64,000 nucleotides of DNA from a virus: positions 2,619 to 66,618 of the IMG/VR virus record IMGVR_UViG_3300012928_000003; one strand, 5' to 3'. Position 1 is the first letter of the stretch; every line of letters starts with the position of its first letter. Shown in pieces: positions 29,418 through 39,030 of this stretch. The notes under the pieces were generated by a model. It saw nothing but the letters and a program-made list of their open reading frames with translations. It was not told where the DNA came from and did not search any database. The translations under genes were made by a program, and so were the position numbers.

Positions 29418-29424
29418 GTAGGTC

Positions 29425-30552
29425 ATGGCCAAAATAACCAAACTAAAAAAGGGAGCCCTTGATATATCAGCGATCAAGGGCATCATAAATAAAAAAGCGG
29501 GTAGAGAGGTTGCCCACTCATTGACTGACAACAACCCAACAGAGGTTAATGAATGGATCCCTACTGGCTCAAAATGGCTTGATGCCATCATCTGTAAGGG
29601 CAGACACGCTGGCATCCCTGTAGGTAAAATCTCAGAGATCGCCGGTCTTCCTGGTACTGGGAAGTCGTTTTTGGCTGCCCAAATTGCCGGCAACGCTCAA
29701 AAGATGGGTATCGACGTGGTGTACTTTGATTCAGAGTCTGCTATCGACCCTTCTTTCATGGAGCGCGCCGGCTGCGACTTGGATAGGCTAATGTACGTCC
29801 AAGCAGCATCTGTTGAGTTTGTCCTAGAAACCATCGAAGAGCTACTAGCTACTGGCAACAAGTGGCTTTTCATTTGGGACTCTTTGGCGCTTACTCCGTC
29901 GATTTCTGATGTTGAAGGTGACTTCAATCCTCAGTCATCTATGGCTGTAAAGCCGAGAATCCTGGCCAAGGGAATGTCTAAGTTAACTATCCCTATCGCT
30001 GATGCGAACGCTACCTTTCTAGTTCTCAATCAGTTGAAGACTAACCTAGGAGCAAGAACACCAGCGCAGGCAATGACTGAACCATACACGACCCCAGGAG
30101 GAAAGGCCATGATCTATGCCTATTCTCTTCGTGTATGGCTCACTGCAAGAAAAGCCAAAGCTAGTTTCATCGTTGATGACAATGGTTTCCGCATTGGATC
30201 TGAAGTGAAGGTAAAGCTGGAAAAGTCTCGTTTTGGGACTCACGGCCGAACCTGTAACTTCAAGATCCTGTGGGGTGATGATGCCGTTGGTGTCCAAGAT
30301 GAAGAAAGCTGGTTCGATGCAATCCAAATCTCTGAAAGACTTGAGCAGTCTGGTGCATGGTTTACGCTAATCCACAATGATGGATCTAAGGAAAAGTTCC
30401 AGCGCAAGCAATGGGTTACTAAACTTGAGAGTGAAAAATTCAGAGAAAGTGTCTTGACTATTATTGAAGAAGATGTTATTATGAAGTTCAAGAATAGAGA
30501 AGGCAAAGCAGACGACTTCTATGACGCGGACGATGTTCCGCCGACAGAATAG
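29425..30552 (+). CDS. recA: RecA/UvsX-like recombinase
   Basis: IPTGS, Walker A GLPGTGKS, FDSE, WDS, NQLK, TPGGKA. Confidence 0.93.
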   Translation: MAKITKLKKGALDISAIKGIINKKAGREVAHSLTDNNPTEVNEWIPTGSKWLDAIICKGRHAGIPVGKISEIAGLPGTGKSFLAAQIAGNAQKMGIDVVYFDSESAIDPSFMERAGCDLDRLMYVQAASVEFVLETIEELLATGNKWLFIWDSLALTPSISDVEGDFNPQSSMAVKPRILAKGMSKLTIPIADANATFLVLNQLKTNLGARTPAQAMTEPYTTPGGKAMIYAYSLRVWLTARKAKASFIVDDNGFRIGSEVKVKLEKSRFGTHGRTCNFKILWGDDAVGVQDEESWFDAIQISERLEQSGAWFTLIHNDGSKEKFQRKQWVTKLESEKFRESVLTIIEEDVIMKFKNREGKADDFYDADDVPPTE

Positions 30553-30561
30553 TCACTTCAC

Positions 30562-30589
30562 AGCCCGGCTCTATGCCGGGCTTTTTTTT
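30562..30589 (+). terminator. Rho-independent terminator
   Basis: AGCCCGGC-TCTAT-GCCGGGCT followed by a T run. Confidence 0.9.
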
Positions 30590-30608
30590 AACCTAAGGAG
30601 GAAATAAT

Positions 30609-30704
30609 ATGTTTGAAGGAATACTAAGTGATTCTGAATTTATCTATACCGCTGTCGGTATGTTAATTATCGGCCTAGCCCTACATAAATGGAAGAGAAA
30701 ATAA
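30609..30704 (+). CDS. 31-aa single-pass membrane peptide
   Basis: SD AAGGAGG; MFEGILSDSEFIYTAVGMLIIGLALHKWKRK*; fills the gap exactly. Confidence 0.7.
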   Translation: MFEGILSDSEFIYTAVGMLIIGLALHKWKRK

Positions 30705-30705
30705 A

Positions 30706-31668
30706 ATGAAAAGAATGATGATAGTAGACGCGTACAACCAGTTTATCCGCGGATATATAGTAGACCCTAGTAAAAACCCAAACGGGTCTCCAATCGGTGG
30801 TATTCGCACTTTTATCAACATCTTTAACAAGCTAACAAGAGAGGTCAAGCCAGACCTCCTTGTTCTTGTGTGGGATGGCAAAGGTGGTAGCAAGAAACGT
30901 AGAGCTATGAACAAGTCTTACAAGGGCGGCCGCAAGCCACCTAGGACCAACTGGTCACAGGTTGGAATGGCCGATGAAGACGTTATGGATAACAAAGTCT
31001 GGCAGCAGATGAGGGTGATTGAATACTTCAATCAAACTCCGGTTATTCAGTTCATGGAACCACTTGTAGAAGCTGATGACGTTATTTCTTACGTCAAGAA
31101 TAATCCTATGTTTTCAGAGTGGCAGAAAGTTATTGTATCCGCGGATAAAGATTTTATCCAACTTCTTGACGACAAGACTATTTTGCATAGACCTATTCAG
31201 AAAGAGTACCTCAACAAGAACAGTGTGGTGGAGAAGTTTGGCATCCATCCGCTTAACTTTGCATTAGCAAGGGCCATCGTAGGAGATTCTTCAGATAACC
31301 TGCCAGGTGTACCCCGCGTGGGTATGGAGACCGTCGCAAAAAGATTTTCTTTTCTGAAAGAGGAAACTACGTACTACTTATCTGATGTTATCACTGAATG
31401 TGAAAAGTCCGAGAACAAACAGAAAGTATACACAAATATTTTAGACAATGAGGAGTTAATAGAAAACAATTATGATATTATGCAGTTATCTTCGCCCATG
31501 CTATCTATTCAAGCCAAACAAGGGATTGACGATACGTTTGAGCAATATAAGCCCCACTACAATCAAACGGAAATAAGAAAACTAATGCTCCAAGACGGAG
31601 TTTTGACTGTGACTACCACGGATTTGGAACAAAGATTTAACAATATTATCACTTCCTTTTCTGGATGA
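30706..31668 (+). CDS. 5'-3' exonuclease/flap endonuclease (PolA N-terminal/T4 RNase H-like)
   Basis: IVDAYN, WDG, YKGGR, EADD, SADKDFIQL, GDSSDNLPGV. Confidence 0.93.
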   Translation: MKRMMIVDAYNQFIRGYIVDPSKNPNGSPIGGIRTFINIFNKLTREVKPDLLVLVWDGKGGSKKRRAMNKSYKGGRKPPRTNWSQVGMADEDVMDNKVWQQMRVIEYFNQTPVIQFMEPLVEADDVISYVKNNPMFSEWQKVIVSADKDFIQLLDDKTILHRPIQKEYLNKNSVVEKFGIHPLNFALARAIVGDSSDNLPGVPRVGMETVAKRFSFLKEETTYYLSDVITECEKSENKQKVYTNILDNEELIENNYDIMQLSSPMLSIQAKQGIDDTFEQYKPHYNQTEIRKLMLQDGVLTVTTTDLEQRFNNIITSFSG

Positions 31669-31705
31669 TTTGTGATATAGTCATATAAATATAAAAGGAA
31701 GATTA

Positions 31706-33094
31706 ATGGAGCAAGAAAAGAAAAGCTTCTCCAAATTTGGAAAGTCATTTCAGGAAGACATGTGTCATCTTGTCTTGAATGACAGAACGTTTGCAGATCA
31801 GATGTTTGAAGTCTTAGATCTAAATTTTTTGGAGCTAAAGCATTTGCGGGTCTTTGTGAGAAAGATCAAGGAGTACAGAGAAAAGTATGGAGTCCATCCC
31901 ACATCTAACATTATGTTGTCCATCATACGAACGGGTTTGGAAGGAGAAGCCGAGTCGGTCAAGACAAGAATCAGAGATTACTATGCTAGAGTATTGGCCA
32001 ACGGTGAGCTTCCGGACGGTGCTGACTTCATTAAAGACACTGCTCTTGACTTCTGTAAAAAGCAAAAACTCAAAGAAGCTCTAATTAAATCTGTCGAGCT
32101 AATAAAATCTTCCTCATTCGACGAAGTGTCTAAAGTGATCGACAACGCACTAAAACTAGGATCAGACAATACTTTAGGATACGATTATCTTGCAGACTTC
32201 GAAGCGCGCTTTATTAAAAAATCTCGTGACCCAATTACAACAGGTTGGCCAGACATTGATGACATTTCTAAGGGAGGTCTTGGGAAAGGGGAGCTTGGTG
32301 TTGTTGTTGCTCCTACTGGTGCTGGCAAATCAATGGTACTTGTACATCTCGGGTCAGCGGCACTCAAGGCCGGGAAAAATGTACTACACTACACATTGGA
32401 ACTTGCTGATACTGTTGTTGGTGGTCGCTATGATGCTGCCATTACTGGTGTGGAACTTAAAAATTTAACAGTTTTTAAAGAGAAAATCTATGATGAAATT
32501 AGAGATATTGAAGGTAAATTAATTATCAAGGAGTACCCCACAAGAAGCGCTAGTATCCAAACAATTAAAAATCACATAGATAAGCTAAAAAGGCGTAATT
32601 TCGTCCCGGATATGATCATTGTGGACTACGGAGACCTAATTCGACCAGAAAATAGCAGAAAAGATGAGAAAAGGCACCAACTCGAAACTATTTACGAAGA
32701 GCTTAGAGGAATAGCTCAAATTTGTGAATGTCCACTCTGGACTGCGTCACAAACTAACAGATCTGGGTTGAACGCAGAAGTGATCACAATGGAGTCAATC
32801 TCCGAGGCGTTCAACAAATGTTTTGTAGCAGATTTCATCTTCACGGTTTCTAGAACCGTGGAGGATAAAAACACAAACCAGGGTCGTATCTTTGTTGCAA
32901 AGAACCGTAACGGCCCAGATGGATTGGTGTATCCACTATTCATGGACACGAGCAATGTAAAGATTAAAGTCTTGCCCAAGACAGGCGAGACAGCAAATGA
33001 TATTATCCAAAAATCTTCTGCTGAAAGGCTAGCTAACCTGAAGGAGAAGTATAAGGTTTTCAAAAAAGACAAGAAAGAAGGAGGAAAAAATTAA
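31706..33094 (+). CDS. Replicative DNA helicase (DnaB/T4 gp41-like)
   Basis: Walker A APTGAGKS, TLE, IVDYGD, TASQTNR, KNRNG. Confidence 0.93.
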   Translation: MEQEKKSFSKFGKSFQEDMCHLVLNDRTFADQMFEVLDLNFLELKHLRVFVRKIKEYREKYGVHPTSNIMLSIIRTGLEGEAESVKTRIRDYYARVLANGELPDGADFIKDTALDFCKKQKLKEALIKSVELIKSSSFDEVSKVIDNALKLGSDNTLGYDYLADFEARFIKKSRDPITTGWPDIDDISKGGLGKGELGVVVAPTGAGKSMVLVHLGSAALKAGKNVLHYTLELADTVVGGRYDAAITGVELKNLTVFKEKIYDEIRDIEGKLIIKEYPTRSASIQTIKNHIDKLKRRNFVPDMIIVDYGDLIRPENSRKDEKRHQLETIYEELRGIAQICECPLWTASQTNRSGLNAEVITMESISEAFNKCFVADFIFTVSRTVEDKNTNQGRIFVAKNRNGPDGLVYPLFMDTSNVKIKVLPKTGETANDIIQKSSAERLANLKEKYKVFKKDKKEGGKN

Positions 33095-34956
33095 TGGAAC
33101 TATCAAATCAAATTTTATCAGAAATTACGGTGCATATGAAATACGCTAGGTATTTGGAAAAGCACAAAAGAAGAGAAACGTGGGAGGAACTTGTAACTAG
33201 AAATATGAACATGCATATTAAGAAGTTTCCAGAACTAGAGCTTCAAATTAGAAAAGCTTATAAAATGGTTTTTGATAAAAAGGTATTGCCATCAATGCGA
33301 TCAATGCAATTTGGTGGTAAGCCAATTGAGGTAGCTCCAAATAGAATTTTTAATTGCGCATTCATGCCGGCAGACGATTGGCGTTGCTTTGGGGAAGCTA
33401 TGTTTCTTTTATTGGGAGGAACAGGAGTAGGTTATTCAGTTCAAAAACATCACGTCGAGAAGCTACCAGAGATCACTCGACCAAACATGAAACGCACAAG
33501 ACGATTTCTTGTTAATGACTCTATTGAGGGTTGGGCTGACGCGGTAAAGGCTCTAATTAACTCTTATTTCAGAGGAGGATCTAGATTAAAGTTTGATTAT
33601 TCAGACATTCGCCCGAAGGGTGCTGCTCTCATTACTTCTGGAGGCAAGGCCCCAGGACCTCAACCCCTGCGTGAGTGCCTGGTAAAGTTAGAAGGAATGC
33701 TTTCACAGAAGGAAAATGGAGATAAGCTAAAGCCAATCGAAGTACACGATATGATTTGTCATATAGCAGACGCTGTGCTGGCAGGTGGTATTCGTCGGGC
33801 TGCTCTCATTTCTTTGTTCTCGGCAGATGACGAGGACATGATTGCCGCAAAGACAGGTAACTGGTGGGAAACCAATCCACAACGAGGACGAGCAAACAAT
33901 TCTGTTGTTTTACTTCGACACAAGATTGATAAAGAGTATTTTATGAATCTTTGGGACAGAGTAAAAGCATCAGGAGCAGGCGAACCCGGCTTTTATTTTT
34001 CAAATGATAAAGACTGGGGTACTAACCCTTGTTGTGAGATTGGTTTACGACCATATCAGTTTTGTAACTTGACCGAGGTGAACGTATCAAACGTGGATTC
34101 TCAAGAAGATCTCAACAATAGGGTGAAGGCGGCAACATTTATTGGTACACTGCAAGCGTCATACACTGATTTTCATTATTTGCGAGATGTTTGGAGAAGA
34201 ACAACAGAGAAAGATGCACTCATTGGGGTATCAATGACAGGAGTTGCATCGGGCGCCGTACTAGAATTAAACATGAAAGAAGCCGCCGCAACTGTAAAGA
34301 CCGAAAATGCAAGAGTAGCAGAACTTCTGGGTATTAATCCTGCCGCTAGAACAACTTGTGTCAAGCCTGCCGGGACCACCTCTTTGACTCTTGGTACCAG
34401 TTCCGGCATACACGCTTGGCATAACGATTATTATATCCGCCGCGTCCGGGTTGGTAAGAACGAGCCGATCTATACTTACTTGGTTAAAAACCATCCAGAA
34501 CTGATTGAGGACGAATACTTTAGTCCACATACGACTGCTGTTATCTCCATTCCGCAAAAGGCCCCAGAAGGGTCTATTTTGAGGACAGAATCAGCACTGC
34601 AGCTTCTCAAGAGAGTCAAGCACGTAACAGATGAGTGGGTCAAACCAGGTTTTCGCAAAGGCCAAAACACCCACAACATTTCGGCAACCATTTCAATAAA
34701 AGATGCAGAATGGGTCGACGTTGGTGAGTGGATGTGGGAAAATAGAAGTAGTTATAATGGTTTGTCGGTGCTTCCATTTTCAGATCATACTTACAAGCAG
34801 GCTCCTTTTGAGGACTGTTCGAAAGAAACATATGAGGCCCTTCTAGGATCCTTGACATCTATAGATCTTACTAAGGTCACAGAAGAAGAAGATAACACAG
34901 ATCTTAAAGGTGAAGTTGCTTGCGCTGGAGGCGCATGCGAAGTGAAATTTGTATGA
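33094..34956 (+). CDS. nrdJ: Class II (adenosylcobalamin-dependent) ribonucleotide reductase
   Basis: KYARY, RETW, FNC, GGIRRAA, TNPCCEI, KPAGTTS, C-terminal ACAGGAC; no adjacent beta subunit. Confidence 0.92.
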   Translation: MELSNQILSEITVHMKYARYLEKHKRRETWEELVTRNMNMHIKKFPELELQIRKAYKMVFDKKVLPSMRSMQFGGKPIEVAPNRIFNCAFMPADDWRCFGEAMFLLLGGTGVGYSVQKHHVEKLPEITRPNMKRTRRFLVNDSIEGWADAVKALINSYFRGGSRLKFDYSDIRPKGAALITSGGKAPGPQPLRECLVKLEGMLSQKENGDKLKPIEVHDMICHIADAVLAGGIRRAALISLFSADDEDMIAAKTGNWWETNPQRGRANNSVVLLRHKIDKEYFMNLWDRVKASGAGEPGFYFSNDKDWGTNPCCEIGLRPYQFCNLTEVNVSNVDSQEDLNNRVKAATFIGTLQASYTDFHYLRDVWRRTTEKDALIGVSMTGVASGAVLELNMKEAAATVKTENARVAELLGINPAARTTCVKPAGTTSLTLGTSSGIHAWHNDYYIRRVRVGKNEPIYTYLVKNHPELIEDEYFSPHTTAVISIPQKAPEGSILRTESALQLLKRVKHVTDEWVKPGFRKGQNTHNISATISIKDAEWVDVGEWMWENRSSYNGLSVLPFSDHTYKQAPFEDCSKETYEALLGSLTSIDLTKVTEEEDNTDLKGEVACAGGACEVKFV

Positions 34957-35342
34957 GTTATTCCGACAAAGTAATAGACCACTTTGAGAATCCGCGAAAT
35001 GTGGGCTCTCTGGACAAAGAAGATAACCAAGTAGGTACTGCAATTGTTGGAGCCCCCGCATGCGGGGACGTAATGAAATTACAAATAAAAGTTAATGACC
35101 AAGGCGTTATCGAAGATGCAAAGTTCAAAACATACGGTTGTGGTTCGGCCATAGCTTCTTCTTCTTTGGTAACAGAATGGATCAAAGGTAAAACGCTGAG
35201 TGAAGCGGAAGAGATAAAAAATGTAGAAATTGCAGACTTTCTCTGTCTTCCGCCCGTGAAAATACATTGCTCTGTCTTGGCAGAGGATGCAATTAAGTCT
35301 GCCATTGAGGATTATAAAAAGAAAAATGATAACACTAACTAA
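34953..35342 (+). CDS. iscU: Fe-S cluster scaffold IscU
   Basis: YSDKVIDHFENPRNVG, GAPACGD, YGCGSAIAS, LPPVKIHC; ATGA overlap with nrdJ. Confidence 0.96.
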   Translation: MSYSDKVIDHFENPRNVGSLDKEDNQVGTAIVGAPACGDVMKLQIKVNDQGVIEDAKFKTYGCGSAIASSSLVTEWIKGKTLSEAEEIKNVEIADFLCLPPVKIHCSVLAEDAIKSAIEDYKKKNDNTN

Positions 35343-35640
35343 ATTTGCTGCAAAAAAAGTAATAACGCTTCTTGCAGATAAAAAAGAGGCTGGAATAAGG
35401 GCCGCCGTTCAGGGAGGCGGCTGTTCTGGTTTTACATATAGTTTGAAGTTTGATAACCAAGCCACCGGTGATCATATTTTAGAAAGCCATGGCGTAAAAA
35501 TCTTTGTTGATTCAAAAAGTTACCTATACCTTATGGGCACAGAAATCGACTTTGTAGATGAACTTAATCAGTCTGGATTTAAATTTATAAATCCTAATGC
35601 AAAAAGAACTTGCGGCTGTGGTGAAAGTTTTTCTATTTAA
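35326..35640 (+). CDS. iscA: A-type Fe-S carrier IscA/ErpA
   Basis: ITLT..AA, GGGCSG, NPNA..TCGCGESF. Confidence 0.95.
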   Translation: MITLTKFAAKKVITLLADKKEAGIRAAVQGGGCSGFTYSLKFDNQATGDHILESHGVKIFVDSKSYLYLMGTEIDFVDELNQSGFKFINPNAKRTCGCGESFSI

Positions 35641-35645
35641 AACTC

Positions 35646-35674
35646 TTGACAAACCTGTTAAAATATACTATTAT
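35646..35674 (+). promoter_or_regulatory. Sigma70-type promoter
   Basis: TTGACA-N17-TATTAT, intergenic. Confidence 0.8.
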
Positions 35675-35705
35675 TGTAATACAACTCAACAAGAAAGGAT
35701 AAAAT

Positions 35706-35978
35706 ATGAGTTCTAACGACGATAAATTGCTAACCAAAGAGGAACACCTCGCAAATTACATTAAAACATTTGTAGCCATTGAGGACGCAATGGAGCCATT
35801 CAAGGAGCAGCGTAAGGATTTGCGTGAATCCTATAATGAGAATGGGTGGCTTTCAAAAGAAGAGATGAGATTGGCTGTAAAGGCTTACCGATTATATAAA
35901 TCGGAAACTGATATGGAAATCTTAACAGACTACGTAAACAAGTGTCAGCGTTCTGTTGGGAGGATCAATGGTCTCTAA
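35706..35978 (+). CDS. Small dsDNA-binding protein (GapR/T4 DsbA-like, putative)
   Basis: Helical IE..M...KEQRKDL...Y...G pattern; SD AAGGA. Confidence 0.5.
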   Translation: MSSNDDKLLTKEEHLANYIKTFVAIEDAMEPFKEQRKDLRESYNENGWLSKEEMRLAVKAYRLYKSETDMEILTDYVNKCQRSVGRINGL

Positions 35979-36291
35979 AGTGGAAATGTTAAAACCAGTT
36001 AACAGGCATTTACTAATTGTGCCACACGCTCAAAAGAACGAGACTAGTTCAGGCGTTTTGTTACCAGAAGATTATAACCCAGAGCAGGATCAATACATTG
36101 AGGCATCAGTGATTGATATTGCCGCAGACTGCGACAAGCAGTTTCGCCATCTTCGATATGGCAATATTGATAACAACAGGATTGTTGTAGATAGATCAAT
36201 GATCCAAGAGGTAACCCTAAAAGACAAGACTCATTATATGATTTTAGAAAATTATGTAGTAGGGGTTTACAGGAGGCCAAATGAGAGTTGA
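35968..36291 (+). CDS. groES: Co-chaperonin GroES-like
   Basis: LKPVNRHLLI, mobile-loop TSSGVLLP, C-terminal ILENYVVG. Confidence 0.75.
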   Translation: MVSKVEMLKPVNRHLLIVPHAQKNETSSGVLLPEDYNPEQDQYIEASVIDIAADCDKQFRHLRYGNIDNNRIVVDRSMIQEVTLKDKTHYMILENYVVGVYRRPNES

Positions 36292-36985
36292 TCTCTTTGG
36301 TGATGGTGTCGGTGCGGTTGAGTACATTTCACATATGGGTACGGATCTGTCAGTTGTTAATGCGGCAAGAGTCTCATTCGGAGCGGAAAAGGAAAAAGTA
36401 GATGAAAAAGATATTAAACTTATTAACTATCTCATGGCCCACAATCACTCATCGCCATTTGAACATTGTACTCTCACGTTTCGTTTTACCGTTCCTTTGT
36501 TTATTAGGAGCCAGCATCACCGGCATCGCACTTGGGCTTACAATGAGATATCTCGCAGGTATACTTCTGTAAATATTGAGTTTTATGAGCCTGATATGTT
36601 TAGAAAGCAGCATAAGTCAAACAGACAGGCAAGTACAGATGATTTGATTGATCCGCTTTTGGAATCAAGCAGGTTCGAAACTCCGACTGTGGCCTTGGCA
36701 TCAGATCAGGTAAAGAGTCACCATAAAGAATGCGTAAGACTGTTTGAGGGTCTTTTAGACGCTGGTATATGTAGGGAGCAGGCAAGAGGGGTTCTACCAC
36801 AGAACCTCTACACTCAATACTATGGCACTGTTAATTTACACAACTTGTTAAAATTTGTATCTCTTCGTGTGCACGAAGGAGCACAATGGGAAATACAACA
36901 AGTTGCAAAAGCCTGTCTTAAAATCGCAAGACAACATTTCCCACGTTCTGTGGAATCCTATATGAAACACAAAATGGAGCCCTGA
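36281..36985 (+). CDS. thyX: Flavin-dependent thymidylate synthase
   Basis: VNAARVS, HSSPFEH, RHR..AYNEISRRY, REQARGVLP, AQWEI. Confidence 0.96.
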   Translation: MRVDLFGDGVGAVEYISHMGTDLSVVNAARVSFGAEKEKVDEKDIKLINYLMAHNHSSPFEHCTLTFRFTVPLFIRSQHHRHRTWAYNEISRRYTSVNIEFYEPDMFRKQHKSNRQASTDDLIDPLLESSRFETPTVALASDQVKSHHKECVRLFEGLLDAGICREQARGVLPQNLYTQYYGTVNLHNLLKFVSLRVHEGAQWEIQQVAKACLKIARQHFPRSVESYMKHKMEP

Positions 36986-39030
36986 TGAAAAAACTAGCAC
37001 TTCTAATCTTTTTAATTTCATGCTCAGACAGTAGCGTTACTGGTAGTATACCCGACGCTGAGCGAACAAGAAGCCTCACACCAGATGCGAGAGTAAGTGA
37101 TATTCAAGTGGTTCAGATCCCAGATATAACTGTCGATGCTTGGGTCGACCCGTGCGCAGATTTACCGAATACTCACCCTAGATTCTGTGACTGTAACCCA
37201 AATTGCTGCCAGCAACAAACTTGGTACTGCCCACCAAGAGGTGTAGAAATTCAAGCAAAATACGCTATTTTAGATATTTGTGATGAGAATCTGGAGCCGT
37301 GTGATAGAAATAGGGACCCCAACTGCCCACCTGCAGAGATCATCGAAGAAACCGGATGTCAGCATGCGTTTGACTGTCCTCCTGGCATTAATGAAGATTT
37401 CACTATTACATATGATTGTGAAATAAACGGAACGGTCGGAACACAGCAGGTTAGATGTGATAAGGGTCGTTTGCACTATGGTGAGTGTGTGACTTGTTTT
37501 GAAGAGGAGGAGGTGTGTGACGGCAACGACAACGACTGCGACGGAAACGTTGATGAAAATCAGCTTAACGCATGCGGAGGTTGCGGCCAAGTCCCAGAAG
37601 ATATTTGTGATGGTTTAGATAATGACTGCGATGGAACAATAGATGAAGACCTGTTAAGGGAGTGTACAACGATTTGTAATTCAGGCCTAGAGGTTTGTGG
37701 CAATGGCGACTGGATCGGCTGCACTGCACAACGACCGATGGATGAGGAGTGCGATGGCCAAGACAACGACTGTGACGCTCTCGTTGACGAGGGTTTAAAC
37801 TGTCAGTGCCCACCAGAGTCTGTTGGGGCATTGGTACCTTGTACCGAGCCTCCACTTACTTGTGGCATGGGTTTCAAGACTTGTGAGTGCGTAAATGAAG
37901 AATGCCAGGTTACTCAGATGACAGAGTGTTTTGCTCTATGCCATTGGGTCCCAGAATTAGAGGAACAGGGCACCCCATGCGATCAATTCGTCGGCATTCC
38001 AACAAACCCGGAACTGTGTAATAATTTTGATGAAGACTGTGATTCCCTAACGGACGAGCAGCTTACCAGGGAGTGTTACACCGGGCCAGAAAACACACTT
38101 AATGTGGGCACTTGTTCCCCAGGGGTTCAAGCGTGTAACGCTGGTCAGTGGTATGGGCAAAACGCTCAAGGCCGCCAAGTTGTTGACTTGTGTGGCCAAG
38201 AGGTGGTACCCAGCCAGGAGATCTGCGACGGGGCAGATAATGACTGCGATGGCATAGTTGACTTTGGGGAAGAGATACCAGAAACAGATATCCTGTTCTT
38301 GGTAGATTGGTCCGGGTCCATGGAAAACTACATCAATGCGGTTCGCATGGCTATGAACAGATTCGCCCAAGATTTCGAAGCAGAAGATAAACTTAAGTGG
38401 GGCCTTATTGTTGGACCAAAGGCGGCCCCGGGCCCCGGGGGCACACAGGAGATGCTCATACTGCAGTCTGATATTGCAGACTTTCAAGATTTCCTAACTT
38501 CTTTTGCAAATGTTGGGCAATTTGACAATCAAACAGGAAACGAACAATTCAAAGATGCGATTATCTTAGCACTGCAAAATATCTCAGGCGATGTACAATA
38601 TAATATTGCTAATGCAACCTGGGCTAATAGGATGGGCTCGTTTCCAGAATTGAAATTTTTCAAGGTAAACTGGAGACCGAATGCAGATAGGATCATAATA
38701 CTATTTAGTGACGAATTTGCGCAATCTTTTCTAGTACCACGGGTCAATACGGATGTTGTTTGGGACGCCCTCGAAGCAACTCCAAATTTAAAGTTCTATG
38801 CATTTGCAGAGAGAAATTCTAGGGTTTGGGACAACTATGCTGATGCTGGTAATGGTTCAGTGTTTCAGTTATCAAGAAATCAACAGCAAATGTATGATGA
38901 TCTCATGTCTATTTTGGATGAAATTTGCTTATCATCTTCAGATCAAGGAGCGTTTCGTAGAACACCGTCTGGATTTTTTCAAGCATCACTTGGTGTGAGA
39001 TATAATCACAAACTAGGAATATGCTACTGA
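36985..39030 (+). CDS. Cys-rich lipoprotein with MopE-type repeats (E.CDG.DNDCDG.VDE) and C-terminal VWA domain
   Basis: Lipobox-like signal MKKLALLIFLISC; about five CDGxDNDCD repeats; MIDAS motif DILFLVDWSGSM. Confidence 0.8.
   Translation: MKKLALLIFLISCSDSSVTGSIPDAERTRSLTPDARVSDIQVVQIPDITVDAWVDPCADLPNTHPRFCDCNPNCCQQQTWYCPPRGVEIQAKYAILDICDENLEPCDRNRDPNCPPAEIIEETGCQHAFDCPPGINEDFTITYDCEINGTVGTQQVRCDKGRLHYGECVTCFEEEEVCDGNDNDCDGNVDENQLNACGGCGQVPEDICDGLDNDCDGTIDEDLLRECTTICNSGLEVCGNGDWIGCTAQRPMDEECDGQDNDCDALVDEGLNCQCPPESVGALVPCTEPPLTCGMGFKTCECVNEECQVTQMTECFALCHWVPELEEQGTPCDQFVGIPTNPELCNNFDEDCDSLTDEQLTRECYTGPENTLNVGTCSPGVQACNAGQWYGQNAQGRQVVDLCGQEVVPSQEICDGADNDCDGIVDFGEEIPETDILFLVDWSGSMENYINAVRMAMNRFAQDFEAEDKLKWGLIVGPKAAPGPGGTQEMLILQSDIADFQDFLTSFANVGQFDNQTGNEQFKDAIILALQNISGDVQYNIANATWANRMGSFPELKFFKVNWRPNADRIIILFSDEFAQSFLVPRVNTDVVWDALEATPNLKFYAFAERNSRVWDNYADAGNGSVFQLSRNQQQMYDDLMSILDEICLSSSDQGAFRRTPSGFFQASLGVRYNHKLGICY

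Noticed and set aside
31684-31691. TATAAATA (T4 late promoter consensus) on the + strand before the helicase, also at 61942
   Set aside because: Both lie just downstream of sigma70-type -10 boxes in AT-rich start regions and precede non-structural genes; structural genes use ACTATTTAT instead.
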